Source: an uncultured Dehalococcoidales bacterium
Lineage (GTDB): Bacteria > Chloroflexota > Dehalococcoidia > Dehalococcoidales > BS750m-G39
Direction: 5' to 3'
Length of the DNA: 46,977 bases
Assembly (NCBI GenBank): GCA_964456815.1
Contig: CAYWCO010000001.1
Location: 1-46,977, forward strand
In this document: piece after piece, positions 34,605-43,665 of the stretch
Numbering within the stretch: position 1 is the stretch's first letter
How the letters are laid out: each line of letters opens with the position of its first letter
Program-made: the position numbers and the translations under genes
Notes under the pieces: generated by a model
The model's database searches: none
The model's input: the letters and a program-made list of their open reading frames with translations, nothing else
What the model was told of the DNA's origin: nothing

Positions 34605-35036
34605 ATGTGGCATAGTAAAAAGTTTCTTCTGGCTACGGTCCTGGCTATAGTGGTGCTACTTGGGAGCATAGGCGGGGTTGCTCTTGCCCAGACAGGTACC
34701 GGAGATGACAGCCAGCCTGCAGCTCAACATGAGGCTCTGCTGAATAGAGTCTGCGCCATCTATGAAGAGAACACAGGCGTAGCTATCAACTCTGAGGAGC
34801 TAGAAAATGCCTTTACCCAGGCTCGAGATGAGATGCAAGCAGCTGCTATGGAAGACCGTCTTGCCAAGATGGTAGAAAACGGCGTGATAGATGAGGCACA
34901 AGCTCAGGAGCTTCAAGAATGGTTAGAGTCAAAGCCGGATGTAGCTATCCCGTTTACACCCGGGTTTTCTGGCCATGGCATGCCTCGCGGCTTCGGTGGT
35001 TTCCCCGGTGGGGATGCACCAGAACCCACAGAATAA
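34605..35036 (+). CDS. Secreted acidic helical protein with a Gly/Pro-rich tail (tentatively YckD/DUF2680- or Spy/CpxP-like in role)
   Basis: Signal peptide ...GGVALA/QTG. Contains the element MVENGVIDEAQAQELQEWLESKPD. RBS AAAGGGGGGTGA. Followed by a strong terminator. Confidence 0.7.
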   Translation: MWHSKKFLLATVLAIVVLLGSIGGVALAQTGTGDDSQPAAQHEALLNRVCAIYEENTGVAINSEELENAFTQARDEMQAAAMEDRLAKMVENGVIDEAQAQELQEWLESKPDVAIPFTPGFSGHGMPRGFGGFPGGDAPEPTE

Positions 35037-35074
35037 CTAACGAGGATTCCACACCGATAACCTAGCTGACCATA

Positions 35075-35110
35075 AGAGGGAGGGGGATACCCCCCTCCCT
35101 CTTTCTTTTT
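35075..35110 (+). terminator. Intrinsic terminator
   Basis: AGAGGGAGGGGG-ata-CCCCCCTCCCTCT followed by TTCTTTTT. Confidence 0.8.
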
Positions 35111-35140
35111 AACAATTTCTTAACATTTGTGGTATAACAT
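35106..35140 (+). promoter_or_regulatory. Box S3: TTTTTAA-caat-TTCTTAA, 11 nt, TAACAT
   Basis: 7-mers at 35106-35112 and 35117-35123; 24 nt upstream of the response-regulator ORF. Confidence 0.5.
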
Positions 35141-35163
35141 TAAGGAAAGACAGCAAATCACAA

Positions 35164-35871
35164 ATGGGCTCTGAGATGGCGGGTAAAAAGATTCTGGTGG
35201 TTGATGATGATGCTAAAACGGTAGAACTGGTCAAGCTCTATCTGAACCGGGACGGCTATCGTGTCCTTACCGCTTATGATGGCACTGAAGCCCTGCGACT
35301 GGCCCGTGAGAGCCATCCTGACCTTATTGTTCTGGACCTCATGCTACCTGGTGTTGATGGTCTTGAGGTCTGTCGTACCCTCAGAAAGGAATCTGATGTG
35401 CCCATCATCATGCTCACCGCCAAGACCACTGACCAGGATAAGCTAATAGGCCTGGGCTTAGGGGCAGATGACTATGTGACCAAGCCCTTCAGCCCCAGAG
35501 AGCTGGCGGCCAGGGTACGAGCAGTGCTCCGGCGCCTGCCCGGAGAACGTGGTCCGAAGAGGATTGAGCATGGCGGGCTTACCCTAGACCTCCTTAAATA
35601 TGAAGCCTCTCTTGCCGGCAAGCCATTAAACCTCACCCCGGTTGAATTCAAGCTACTGGGGGTCCTAGCTAAGGAACCGGGGCGGGTTTTCAGCCGGGCG
35701 CAGATTATTGAGAAGGCTTTTGGCTATGATTTTGATAGTTTTGACCGCACTATTGATGTTCATATCCTTAAGTTACGCCGCAAGATTGAGCCCGACCCCC
35801 ACCACCCCAGATACATAAAGACGGTTTACGGAGCCGGCTACAAGCTTTCGGAGGTGGGAAGTGATACATAG
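35164..35871 (+). CDS. OmpR/PhoB-family response regulator
   Basis: Receiver domain (VVDDD...DLMLPGVDG...LTAK) plus a winged-helix Trans_reg_C domain (LTPVEFKLL...[11 protein letters not shown]). The start may be the ATG at 35176. Confidence 0.92.
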   Translation: MGSEMAGKKILVVDDDAKTVELVKLYLNRDGYRVLTAYDGTEALRLARESHPDLIVLDLMLPGVDGLEVCRTLRKESDVPIIMLTAKTTDQDKLIGLGLGADDYVTKPFSPRELAARVRAVLRRLPGERGPKRIEHGGLTLDLLKYEASLAGKPLNLTPVEFKLLGVLAKEPGRVFSRAQIIEKAFGYDFDSFDRTIDVHILKLRRKIEPDPHHPRYIKTVYGAGYKLSEVGSDT

Positions 35872-37204
35872 CCTGAACTTTCGTCTCCTGATAGCTTTCG
35901 CTCTGGTGATAATTGTAACCATTGGTTCCGTGTTTTTCTTCACTTACCAGAGCACCCGCAGTGAAATCAGCCAGTTCGGGGAACGAATGGAACTGATGCA
36001 AGCTAGAAGAGTAGAAGCTGAGCTATCTAGTTATTACTACCAACAAGAGAGCTGGGAGGGTGTTCAGCCCTTCGTAGCTCAGTGGGGCAACCTCTACGGA
36101 CGGCGGATTATACTGACCGACAACAATGGAGTGGTAACCGCTGATTCTGAGGGAGAGCTTCTGGGCAAGCCATATGAGACCGATATACCGGGAATACCCA
36201 TGTCCCCCCCATGGGAAAAAGGTGCTATTGGTATACTTTACCTCGATCCCGGGTCACCACCGGAGGTAGACATTGCCTCACTGCATATCGTGTATGGAGC
36301 CATAGGCCGCTTCTTCATCTGGGGCGGCTTGCTGGCAATTGCCATCGCCCTTTTGCTTACCTTTGTCCTATCACGGCGTATATTAGCCCCGGTCAAGGCC
36401 CTCACTCAGGCTGCCAGGCGTTTAGGGAAAGGCGATTTCTCGCAGAGAGTCCGTGTCAGGGATAAAGGCGAAGTAGGCGAGCTGGCGCAGTCCTTTAACT
36501 CTATGGCTAGCGACCTGGAGCGTGCTGAGCAGTTGCGGCGAAATATGGTAGCTGACGCTGCCCATGAACTCAGAACTCCCCTTTCCAACATCAGGGGTTA
36601 TCTGGAGGCAATTCGTGACGGTATAAAGAAGCCGGATGCTGGCACTATTCGCTCCCTTGATGAAGAAGCGTCCTCACTGTCACGGCTTGTTGATGACCTC
36701 CAGGAACTGAGCCTGGCTGATGCCGGCGAGCTAAAACTGATTTGCCAGAAGGAAGACGTCTCCAAGCTAATCGATGAGGCAGTAGCTGCGTTGCAATCTC
36801 AGGCAGCGGCGAAGGGCTTAACGCTGGCGGTTAAGCTGCCAGAAAAACTCCCCCTGGTAAATATTGACTCACACCGCATCAAGCAGGTCCTGCGTAACCT
36901 TCTGGAGAATGCAGTGGCTCACACCGGGCAGGGAGGCAGCGTAACGGTAGAGGCGCGGCAACAGGGTAGGCAGATAAAGGTCAGCGTGGTTGACACCGGT
37001 GAGGGCATTCCGGCCAAGGACTTGCCCAACATATTTGAGCGCTTCTACCGTGTGGATAAGTCCCGCGCCAGAGCCACCGGCGGCAGTGGTCTGGGGCTTA
37101 CCATCGCCAAACGCCTGGTGGAAGCCCACGGGGGCAGGATTGAAGTCCAGAGTAAGCTGAAAAAGGGCAGCCGCCTTACCTTTACTCTCCCCCTGTCAGA
37201 ATAG
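35861..37204 (+). CDS. Sensor histidine kinase (2 TM, ~130-aa extracytoplasmic domain, HAMP, HisKA, HATPase_c)
   Basis: H-box [11 protein letters not shown]-box [11 protein letters not shown]1 DTGEGIP, G2 [13 protein letters not shown] start overlaps the regulator gene by 11 nt. Confidence 0.92.
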   Translation: MIHSLNFRLLIAFALVIIVTIGSVFFFTYQSTRSEISQFGERMELMQARRVEAELSSYYYQQESWEGVQPFVAQWGNLYGRRIILTDNNGVVTADSEGELLGKPYETDIPGIPMSPPWEKGAIGILYLDPGSPPEVDIASLHIVYGAIGRFFIWGGLLAIAIALLLTFVLSRRILAPVKALTQAARRLGKGDFSQRVRVRDKGEVGELAQSFNSMASDLERAEQLRRNMVADAAHELRTPLSNIRGYLEAIRDGIKKPDAGTIRSLDEEASSLSRLVDDLQELSLADAGELKLICQKEDVSKLIDEAVAALQSQAAAKGLTLAVKLPEKLPLVNIDSHRIKQVLRNLLENAVAHTGQGGSVTVEARQQGRQIKVSVVDTGEGIPAKDLPNIFERFYRVDKSRARATGGSGLGLTIAKRLVEAHGGRIEVQSKLKKGSRLTFTLPLSE

Positions 37205-37221
37205 TTTGTAAGGCGCTGTCA

Positions 37222-37256
37222 ATCTTAATAATTTCTTAATAATTTCCAGTCATACT
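37222..37256 (+). promoter_or_regulatory. Box S4: ATCTTAA-taat-TTCTTAA, 11 nt, CATACT
   Basis: 7-mers at 37222-37228 and 37233-37239; -10 at 37251-37256. Confidence 0.6.
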
Positions 37257-37269
37257 AGTCAGTAAAAAA

Positions 37270-38757
37270 ATGATGTTTCCCGTCCTCTCACGGGTAAAGG
37301 AGCGGAAAGGGACAGGTGAATATAAGATGAGAATCTTAAAGCTAGGCCTAATAGCTCTTATTCTGTGCACTATTATCATCCTCCCCATAAGCTGTGGTAA
37401 AACGGCGGAAACAACTCCAGAAAGCCAACTGGTAACAGTGCAGCGAGGAGACCTAACAGTAGACATTACTGCTGCTGGCAACTTGGCATATTCCGATTAT
37501 GAGGACCTCGCTTTTCAAATATCCGGAACCTCGACGCAACAACCACTGACGGTGGAAGAAGTGCTGGTGGAAGAGGGTGATTCTGTTGAAGAGGGGCAGG
37601 TGCTAGTTAAAGCTGACACTGTCTATCTGGAGCAAGCAGTAACGACAGCAGAGCGAGCGGTCAAAACGAGTGAGATTTCCCTGGAGAAGGCGACGGATAG
37701 CTGGAGAAGTATAACCTATCCCTATACCTTTCGTGCCTTGAGCCTCGATATCCCCGCAGCTAATTCGCTTATCGGTGATGCCCTGCGGGAATTAGAAAAC
37801 GCGGTGGAAGTAATGCAGGAGTTGGGGCTGAGCCGGGAGCAATACGACTGGCACCAGTACTGGGAGGTATGGGACAACCTACAGAAAGCCCAAGACGACC
37901 TAAATGATGCTAAGGCATATACGAGGTACGGACAGGGTGCGGATCTCTTTGGTGGTTTTTTCGATACAACAACCGATGTCGGTGAACAAATCATCCCCAT
38001 GGCAGATTATTGGACACTGAGAGCTGCCCAACTGGATACGGAGACAGCCCAAGTAGCTCTAGATACGGCTAATGATAACCTGAGTCAAGCTCAAGAAAAA
38101 CTAGAAGAGGCGGTAATAGTTGCTCCATTTGCCGGTTTCATTACCATTGTAAACGTCAATGGTGGTGATGAGGTACAGAGGGGCACAGTGGCAGTGCGCC
38201 TTGTTGACCCCACCAAGTTTGAAGCCGAACTCCTGGTCAATGAGATGGATATATTTCAGCTAAAGCTGGGGGGAGATGCTACGGTGCAGATAGATGCCAT
38301 GCCAACGCTCACCCTTCCGGCTAAAGTCACCTTCATCTCGCCGACGGCTACTATTAGCTCAGGTGTAGTGAATTACACAGTCAAGATCGAAATACAGTCA
38401 GTTGAAGCAGCACCGGGAGAAGGACTGGTGCCGACGACGTTACCTGAAGACATTCAGCTCAGGGAGGGGCTGTCCGTTACCGTGAGCATCATCGTGGCGC
38501 AGAGGACTGGTGTCCTGCTGGTGCCCAATACGGCAATTACGACCCAACTAGGTCAAGCCTACGTCCAAGTGCTGACACCTAGCGGCGCCGTTGAGGAGCG
38601 CGCCATACAGACGGGCGTCAGCAACTGGCAGTATACCGAGGTGACTGAGGGTTTGAGCGAAGGCGAAGAGGTAATTGTTCCGCAGGGGACTACCACCACA
38701 ACGCCAACAACACAAGAACAAGGGGGGTCACCGCCAATGTTCTTTCCCCCACCCTAA
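37270..38757 (+). CDS. HlyD/MacA-type periplasmic adaptor, probably a lipoprotein
   Basis: Biotinyl-lipoyl-like, coiled-coil and beta-barrel pattern. The probable true start is the ATG at 37327 (AGGTGA RBS), giving MRILKLGLIALILCTIIILPISC lipobox-like. Thr/Pro-rich C-terminus. Confidence 0.85.
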   Translation: MMFPVLSRVKERKGTGEYKMRILKLGLIALILCTIIILPISCGKTAETTPESQLVTVQRGDLTVDITAAGNLAYSDYEDLAFQISGTSTQQPLTVEEVLVEEGDSVEEGQVLVKADTVYLEQAVTTAERAVKTSEISLEKATDSWRSITYPYTFRALSLDIPAANSLIGDALRELENAVEVMQELGLSREQYDWHQYWEVWDNLQKAQDDLNDAKAYTRYGQGADLFGGFFDTTTDVGEQIIPMADYWTLRAAQLDTETAQVALDTANDNLSQAQEKLEEAVIVAPFAGFITIVNVNGGDEVQRGTVAVRLVDPTKFEAELLVNEMDIFQLKLGGDATVQIDAMPTLTLPAKVTFISPTATISSGVVNYTVKIEIQSVEAAPGEGLVPTTLPEDIQLREGLSVTVSIIVAQRTGVLLVPNTAITTQLGQAYVQVLTPSGAVEERAIQTGVSNWQYTEVTEGLSEGEEVIVPQGTTTTTPTTQEQGGSPPMFFPPP

Positions 38758-38771
38758 GGAGGGCAACCCCA

Positions 38772-39440
38772 ATGATCCGATTACAGGATATAGCTAAGGT
38801 CTATCCCATGGGTAAAAGAGAGCTGGCCGTGCTCAGAGGGGTAAATCTCAACATTGAAAAGGGCGAACTGGTGGCGATTATGGGTCCCTCCGGCTCGGGC
38901 AAGACAACCCTGCTTAACCTGATTGGTTGCCTGGATCAACCGACATCCGGTAGCTACTATTTGGGGGGTAAAGAAGTCAGCCGGCTCAGCAGCGACGAGT
39001 TAGCCCAAATCAGGGCGCAGAAGATTGGTTTTGTCTTTCAGACTTTTAACCTGCTGCCACGGCTCTCGGCACTGGCAAATGTGGAGCTTGGTATGAGATA
39101 TGCTGGCGGAAGCGACCCAAAACGGGCTCTCAAGGCACTGGATAAGGTCGGACTCTCCAACCGAGCTAATCACCGTCCTACCGAGCTTTCCGGTGGGGAG
39201 CAGCAAAGAGTAGCCATAGCCCGGGCTCTGGTAAAAAGGCCTCCCCTGATTCTGGCCGACGAGCCTACCGGTAACCTAGACAGCCGCTCCGGCGAGGAGA
39301 TAATCTCCATCCTCACCTCTCTACATGCCGAGCGGGGCATTACGCTGGTCATGATAACTCATGACGCCGGCATTGCTCACCACTGCCAGCGAATCATACA
39401 CCTCAAGGATGGGCAGGTGGTGTCAGAGGAGACCGTATGA
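38772..39440 (+). CDS. MacB/LolD-type ABC ATP-binding protein
   Basis: [35 protein letters not shown]. Confidence 0.92.
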   Translation: MIRLQDIAKVYPMGKRELAVLRGVNLNIEKGELVAIMGPSGSGKTTLLNLIGCLDQPTSGSYYLGGKEVSRLSSDELAQIRAQKIGFVFQTFNLLPRLSALANVELGMRYAGGSDPKRALKALDKVGLSNRANHRPTELSGGEQQRVAIARALVKRPPLILADEPTGNLDSRSGEEIISILTSLHAERGITLVMITHDAGIAHHCQRIIHLKDGQVVSEETV

Positions 39441-40738
39441 AAAAGTGGCTTCTGAAAAAGTGGCTAGAGCCTTTAGAGACTGCTTTGATTAGCGTTGCCA
39501 CCCGTAAGGGTGTGAAGAGGTGGTCTGAACCCTTATCAACCGCCTGGGTTGGTGTGGTTACTCATAAACTCCGTAGCTCCCTGACCATGCTTGGGATTGT
39601 CATTGGCGTAGCCGCTGTGATTAGCCTGATGTCCGTTGGGCGGGGTGCTGAGGCACAGATTATTTCCAATATTGAACAAATGGGTTCAGACCTGATAACC
39701 ATCCGTCCTGGCTCGTTCACCTTTGGCGGTGTCAGGGGTGGCGTCTCGGAAACACTAACCATAGAGGATGCAGAGACAATATCAGAACAGGTTCCCTATG
39801 TTTCAGCCGTTGCCTCTTCTTACTCAAGCAACCTGCAGCTGGTTGTGGGGGGTGAGAATATGAGTGCTACGGTCACCGGCATAACCCCCGAATATATGCA
39901 GATAAACAACATGAAGATTGCCAGTGGCGCTTCCTTCTCGGAGCAGGACTACCAGCGCGGTGCCAAGGTAGCTGTGGTCGGTACCAATGTTGCCGAAACT
40001 CTGTTTGGCAATGCTAATCCTATAGGGCAACAGATGCGGATGGGCACTATTATCGTGCATGTCATCGGTGTTCTGGAGAGCAAGGGGACCAGGTTCAACT
40101 CCCCGGATGATGCCGTCTACATCCCGCTGGCCGCCATGCAGCAAGCGGTGGCTCAGCCGCGAACCCCCCAGGGCGGCCGCATTGTGAGCACTATATCCCT
40201 GACGGTAAGTGACCAGTCACAGACACAGAATGTCATTGATACTATCACCAGCCTGCTCCGCACCAACCACAAGCTCACCGCCTCTGCTGATAACGATTTC
40301 AATATCATGTCCACAGAGGAGATAGCCAGCACTCTCTCCGAAACGATGGGCACGATGACCCTCCTTCTGGGTGCTATTGCCGCCATTTCACTGCTGGTAG
40401 GAGGCATCGGTGTGATGAACATCATGCTGGTCTCAGTGCTGGAGAGAACCAGAGAGATAGGCATCCGCAAGGCACTCGGCGCCAGGGAGCGGGACATATG
40501 GCTTCAGTTCCTTATTGAGGCAGCCTTCCTGACCTTCGCCGGGGGTATTATCGGGGTTGTCCTGGGCTGGGTAATTGCATATTTGGTCTCCAGCATGGGG
40601 TTAATGACGACTGTAGTTACTGCTGATATAGTTATCCTTGCCGTCTCAGTATCGATTTGCATTGGTCTGTTCTTTGGTTTTTATCCGGCGTGGAATGCTT
40701 CCCGACTGAATCCAATTGAAGCACTAAGAGCTGAGTGA
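39437..40738 (+). CDS. MacB/FtsX-type ABC permease (4 TM with a large extracytoplasmic domain)
   Basis: [18 protein letters not shown] TM1, MacB_PCD-like domain, FtsX C-terminus. ATGA coupling with the ATPase gene. Confidence 0.9.
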   Translation: [433 protein letters not shown]

Positions 40739-40762
40739 TGGGCGTTCAGAAAAGGATATCCG

Positions 40763-40798
40763 TTTACAACGGTTTCTTAAATGTCATGTTGACAACTT
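40763..40798 (+). promoter_or_regulatory. Box S5: TTTACAA-cggt-TTCTTAA with only a weak -10 (CAACTT)
   Basis: 7-mers at 40763-40769 and 40774-40780, 25 nt after the permease stop. No plus-strand ORF follows. Confidence 0.4.
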
Positions 40799-40849
40799 TA
40801 CCAAAAGCACAGACGCTCTAGGTAGGCTGGAGTGAGGGCTTGATTCCCA

Positions 40850-40933
40850 TCAGAACACGCCAAAAAACGTAAGTGCCCACCATATGAGTGCAAGAACTAG
40901 TACTCCCAACAGGACGTAAATTAGTGTTCTCAT
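40850..40933 (-). CDS. Single-TM micropeptide P2 (27 aa)
   Basis: ATG 9 nt after GAGGGAG. MRTLIYVLLGVLVLALIWWALTFFGVF*. Shares a core with P1. Confidence 0.45.
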   Translation of the reverse strand: MRTLIYVLLGVLVLALIWWALTFFGVF

Positions 40934-40995
40934 CTTTTCTTTCTCCCTCTGGCTTTCATTCGCCCACCTGGGTTAGAATCCCAAATTTGTCACCC

Positions 40996-41001
40996 ATTAT
41001 A
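40996..41001 (-). promoter_or_regulatory. Perfect TATAAT -10 upstream of P2
   Basis: Minus strand reads ggtgTATAATggg, 62 nt upstream of the P2 ATG. The -35 is weak (TTCCAT at 17 nt). Confidence 0.4.
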
Positions 41002-41015
41002 CACCATAGTCGGCC

Positions 41016-42290
41016 TTAATGGAATACCCCTTTTAGCCCAATATTGGCCGGCAGAGCCTCCGTTAGCTTCACCGGCAATAGCCTGTTGGCTAAATCCTCA
41101 CTACTCTTAGTATAAACCCTTATATAGTTATCGGTGAGCCCGGCCCAGACACCACCGCTCTGCTTCTCCCACAGTACAGTCATCGTCTTACCCAGGAACC
41201 TCTGCCTGAAATTATGAGCGCTCTCTTCGGCTAGAGCCAGCATCCTTCGGCTTCTTTCCCGCTTGACCCCATCCCCCACCCCGTCTGGCATCAGTGCTGC
41301 CTGAGTCCCCTGACGCGGCGAGTAAGGGAAGACGTGAATCCGGGAAAAACCTATCTGACGGCAAAGTTTATAGCTCTCTTCGAATTCTGCTTCGGTCTCA
41401 CCGGGGAAGCCAACGATAATATCGGTGGTGATAGCCACCCCCGGCACCACATCCCTGATTAAGGCTACCGCCCGTTGGTAGCCGCCAACAGTATAGCCCC
41501 GCTTCATGCGGCGGAGCACCCCATCACTGCCGCTCTGCAGCGAGAGGTGAAAATGGCGGCATAGCCTTTTGTCATGCCAAAGCTCGATAAGCTCGGGGGA
41601 TATCTCCCCGGGCTGGAGGGAGGAAAGCCTCAACCTCTCAACATCGGTCTCGGCTAGTATGCGCTCCAGCAGCCCCTGTAAACCAATCCCCTGATAGCGA
41701 TATAAGCCAATCTTGACCCCGGTTAGCACCACCTCCTTATAGCCATCAGCCACCCTCTGCCTGACCTCGCCAATAACCCGGTCAATGGGAATGCTTTTCT
41801 CCCCGCCCCGCACCAGAGGGACGATGCAATAAGAACAGGAGCTATTACAGCCATCGTGAACCTTAACCAGGGCGCGGGTGCGGAAATCGGCTATAGCTGA
41901 ACCTGCCTGACTATAGCTGGGACGGCTGAGACGCCCCGACTTCTCCAGCCGCCCCATCAGGTTTGATTTTTCACTGTTGCCCAGGACAAGGTCAACCCCT
42001 TCAATCTGGGCCAGCTCATGGCGGGCTCGCTCGGCATAACAGCCGATAGCCACCACCACCCCGCCGGGGTTGCGGCGATGAGCCAGCCTCAGCCGCTGGC
42101 GGCATTTGCGATCGGCAACATGGGTAACGGTGCAGGTATTTAATATGTAGACGTCAGCCTCATCATCGGCAGATACCAGCCTGTACCCCGCCTGAGCAAA
42201 CTGCCGGGCTAAGAGCTGGGTCTCAGCCTGATTGAGCTTACAGCCAACTGTATCTAAGGCGACCCTCGGGATTTTTAGGCTTCCAGCCAT
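41016..42290 (-). CDS. mtaB: Radical-SAM tRNA methylthiotransferase, MtaB-like
   Basis: UPF0004 N-domain (TVGCKLNQAE), CNSSCSYC radical-SAM motif, C-terminal TRAM-like region. Confidence 0.75.
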   Translation of the reverse strand: MAGSLKIPRVALDTVGCKLNQAETQLLARQFAQAGYRLVSADDEADVYILNTCTVTHVADRKCRQRLRLAHRRNPGGVVVAIGCYAERARHELAQIEGVDLVLGNSEKSNLMGRLEKSGRLSRPSYSQAGSAIADFRTRALVKVHDGCNSSCSYCIVPLVRGGEKSIPIDRVIGEVRQRVADGYKEVVLTGVKIGLYRYQGIGLQGLLERILAETDVERLRLSSLQPGEISPELIELWHDKRLCRHFHLSLQSGSDGVLRRMKRGYTVGGYQRAVALIRDVVPGVAITTDIIVGFPGETEAEFEESYKLCRQIGFSRIHVFPYSPRQGTQAALMPDGVGDGVKRERSRRMLALAEESAHNFRQRFLGKTMTVLWEKQSGGVWAGLTDNYIRVYTKSSEDLANRLLPVKLTEALPANIGLKGVFH

Positions 42291-42409
42291 AGCGCACCCA
42301 CCTAAGTATTATATTTTTAATATTCCCCGGCGGTCAAACGAGAGCCTCCTTGCACGCCAGCCAAAATTGTGGTAGAAATATCTAGCTAAACTTTACCCTC
42401 GTTAATGTT

Positions 42410-43663
42410 ATGTCAAGCACAAACAATAGAGTAGCGGTCACTGGCATCGGTGCCCTATCCCCTCTTGGTCTGGACACTAGCACCATGTGGCAGGGTCTTA
42501 TCAGCGGCAAGTCCGGCATTGACCGCATCACCCTCTTTGACGCCAGCTCATTTGAGACCAAGATTGCCGGCGAGGTAAAGGGCTTTGAGCCCGCCAATTA
42601 CATGAACCCAAAGGACGTCCGCCGCAACGACCGCTTTTCCCAGATGGCGGTAGCCGCCAGCCTTGAGGCTTTGAAGCAGGCGGGGCTGAAAATCGACGAC
42701 ACCAATAAAGGCGATATCGGCGTCATAATCGGCAGCGGCATCGGCGGACTAACCACCCTCTTTGAGCAAACCAGGGTCTTGCTGGAGAGGGGGCCCGACA
42801 GGGTAAGCCCCTTCCTTATCCCGATGATGATGCCCAACATAGCCTCCGCCCAGACATCCATCGTGCTGGGAGCGAAAGGTCCTAACCTGTGCACGACGTC
42901 AGCCTGCTCCAGCGGCTCCGATGCCATAGGGGTTGCCTACGAGACGATAAGGCGTGGTGACGCTAAGGTCATGATAACCGGCGGCAGCGAGGCGATAATC
43001 AACCCGGTAGGTGTCAGCGCCTTCAATGCCCTGAAGGCGATATCAACCAGAAACAATGAGCCGCAGCTGGCCTCCCGCCCCTTTGATGCCGAGCGTGACG
43101 GCTTTGTCATCGGTGAGGGGGCGGGCATTCTTATTCTGGAAGACCTCTCCTCTGCCCGAAAGCGGGGGGCTGAGATACTGGCTGAGCTTATCGCCTATGG
43201 AGCCACCGGCGATGCCTACCATATCACGGCGCCGATTGAGAGCGGGGAGGGGGCGGCTGAGGCAATGCAGATAGCGCTGGATAAAGCCGGACTCAAGCCC
43301 GATGAAATCGACTATATTAACGCCCATGGCACATCCACACAGTTAAATGACAAGATGGAGACGAAGGCGATAAAGACTGCCTTCGGCGCCCAAGCCTACA
43401 AAATCCCGATAAGCTCCACCAAGTCAATGATAGGGCATCTCGTGGGGAGCGCCGGGGCGGTTGAGGCGGCAATATGCATTATGGCTGTCAGGAACGGAAT
43501 CATCCCGCCAACGATAAACCTCACCCACCCCGACCCCGAGTGCGATTTAGACTATGTGCCCAATACCGCTCGCCAGGCCAAGGTCGCCACCGCCATGTCT
43601 AACTCCTTCGGCTTTGGAGGTCATAACTCGGTCCTGATATTCCGGGAGTACTCTGAGGAGTAA
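42410..43663 (+). CDS. fabF: 3-oxoacyl-ACP synthase II
   Basis: Active-site TSACSSG, NAHGTST, GHLVGSAG; 417 aa. Confidence 0.92.
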   Translation: MSSTNNRVAVTGIGALSPLGLDTSTMWQGLISGKSGIDRITLFDASSFETKIAGEVKGFEPANYMNPKDVRRNDRFSQMAVAASLEALKQAGLKIDDTNKGDIGVIIGSGIGGLTTLFEQTRVLLERGPDRVSPFLIPMMMPNIASAQTSIVLGAKGPNLCTTSACSSGSDAIGVAYETIRRGDAKVMITGGSEAIINPVGVSAFNALKAISTRNNEPQLASRPFDAERDGFVIGEGAGILILEDLSSARKRGAEILAELIAYGATGDAYHITAPIESGEGAAEAMQIALDKAGLKPDEIDYINAHGTSTQLNDKMETKAIKTAFGAQAYKIPISSTKSMIGHLVGSAGAVEAAICIMAVRNGIIPPTINLTHPDPECDLDYVPNTARQAKVATAMSNSFGFGGHNSVLIFREYSEE

Positions 43664-43665
43664 GA

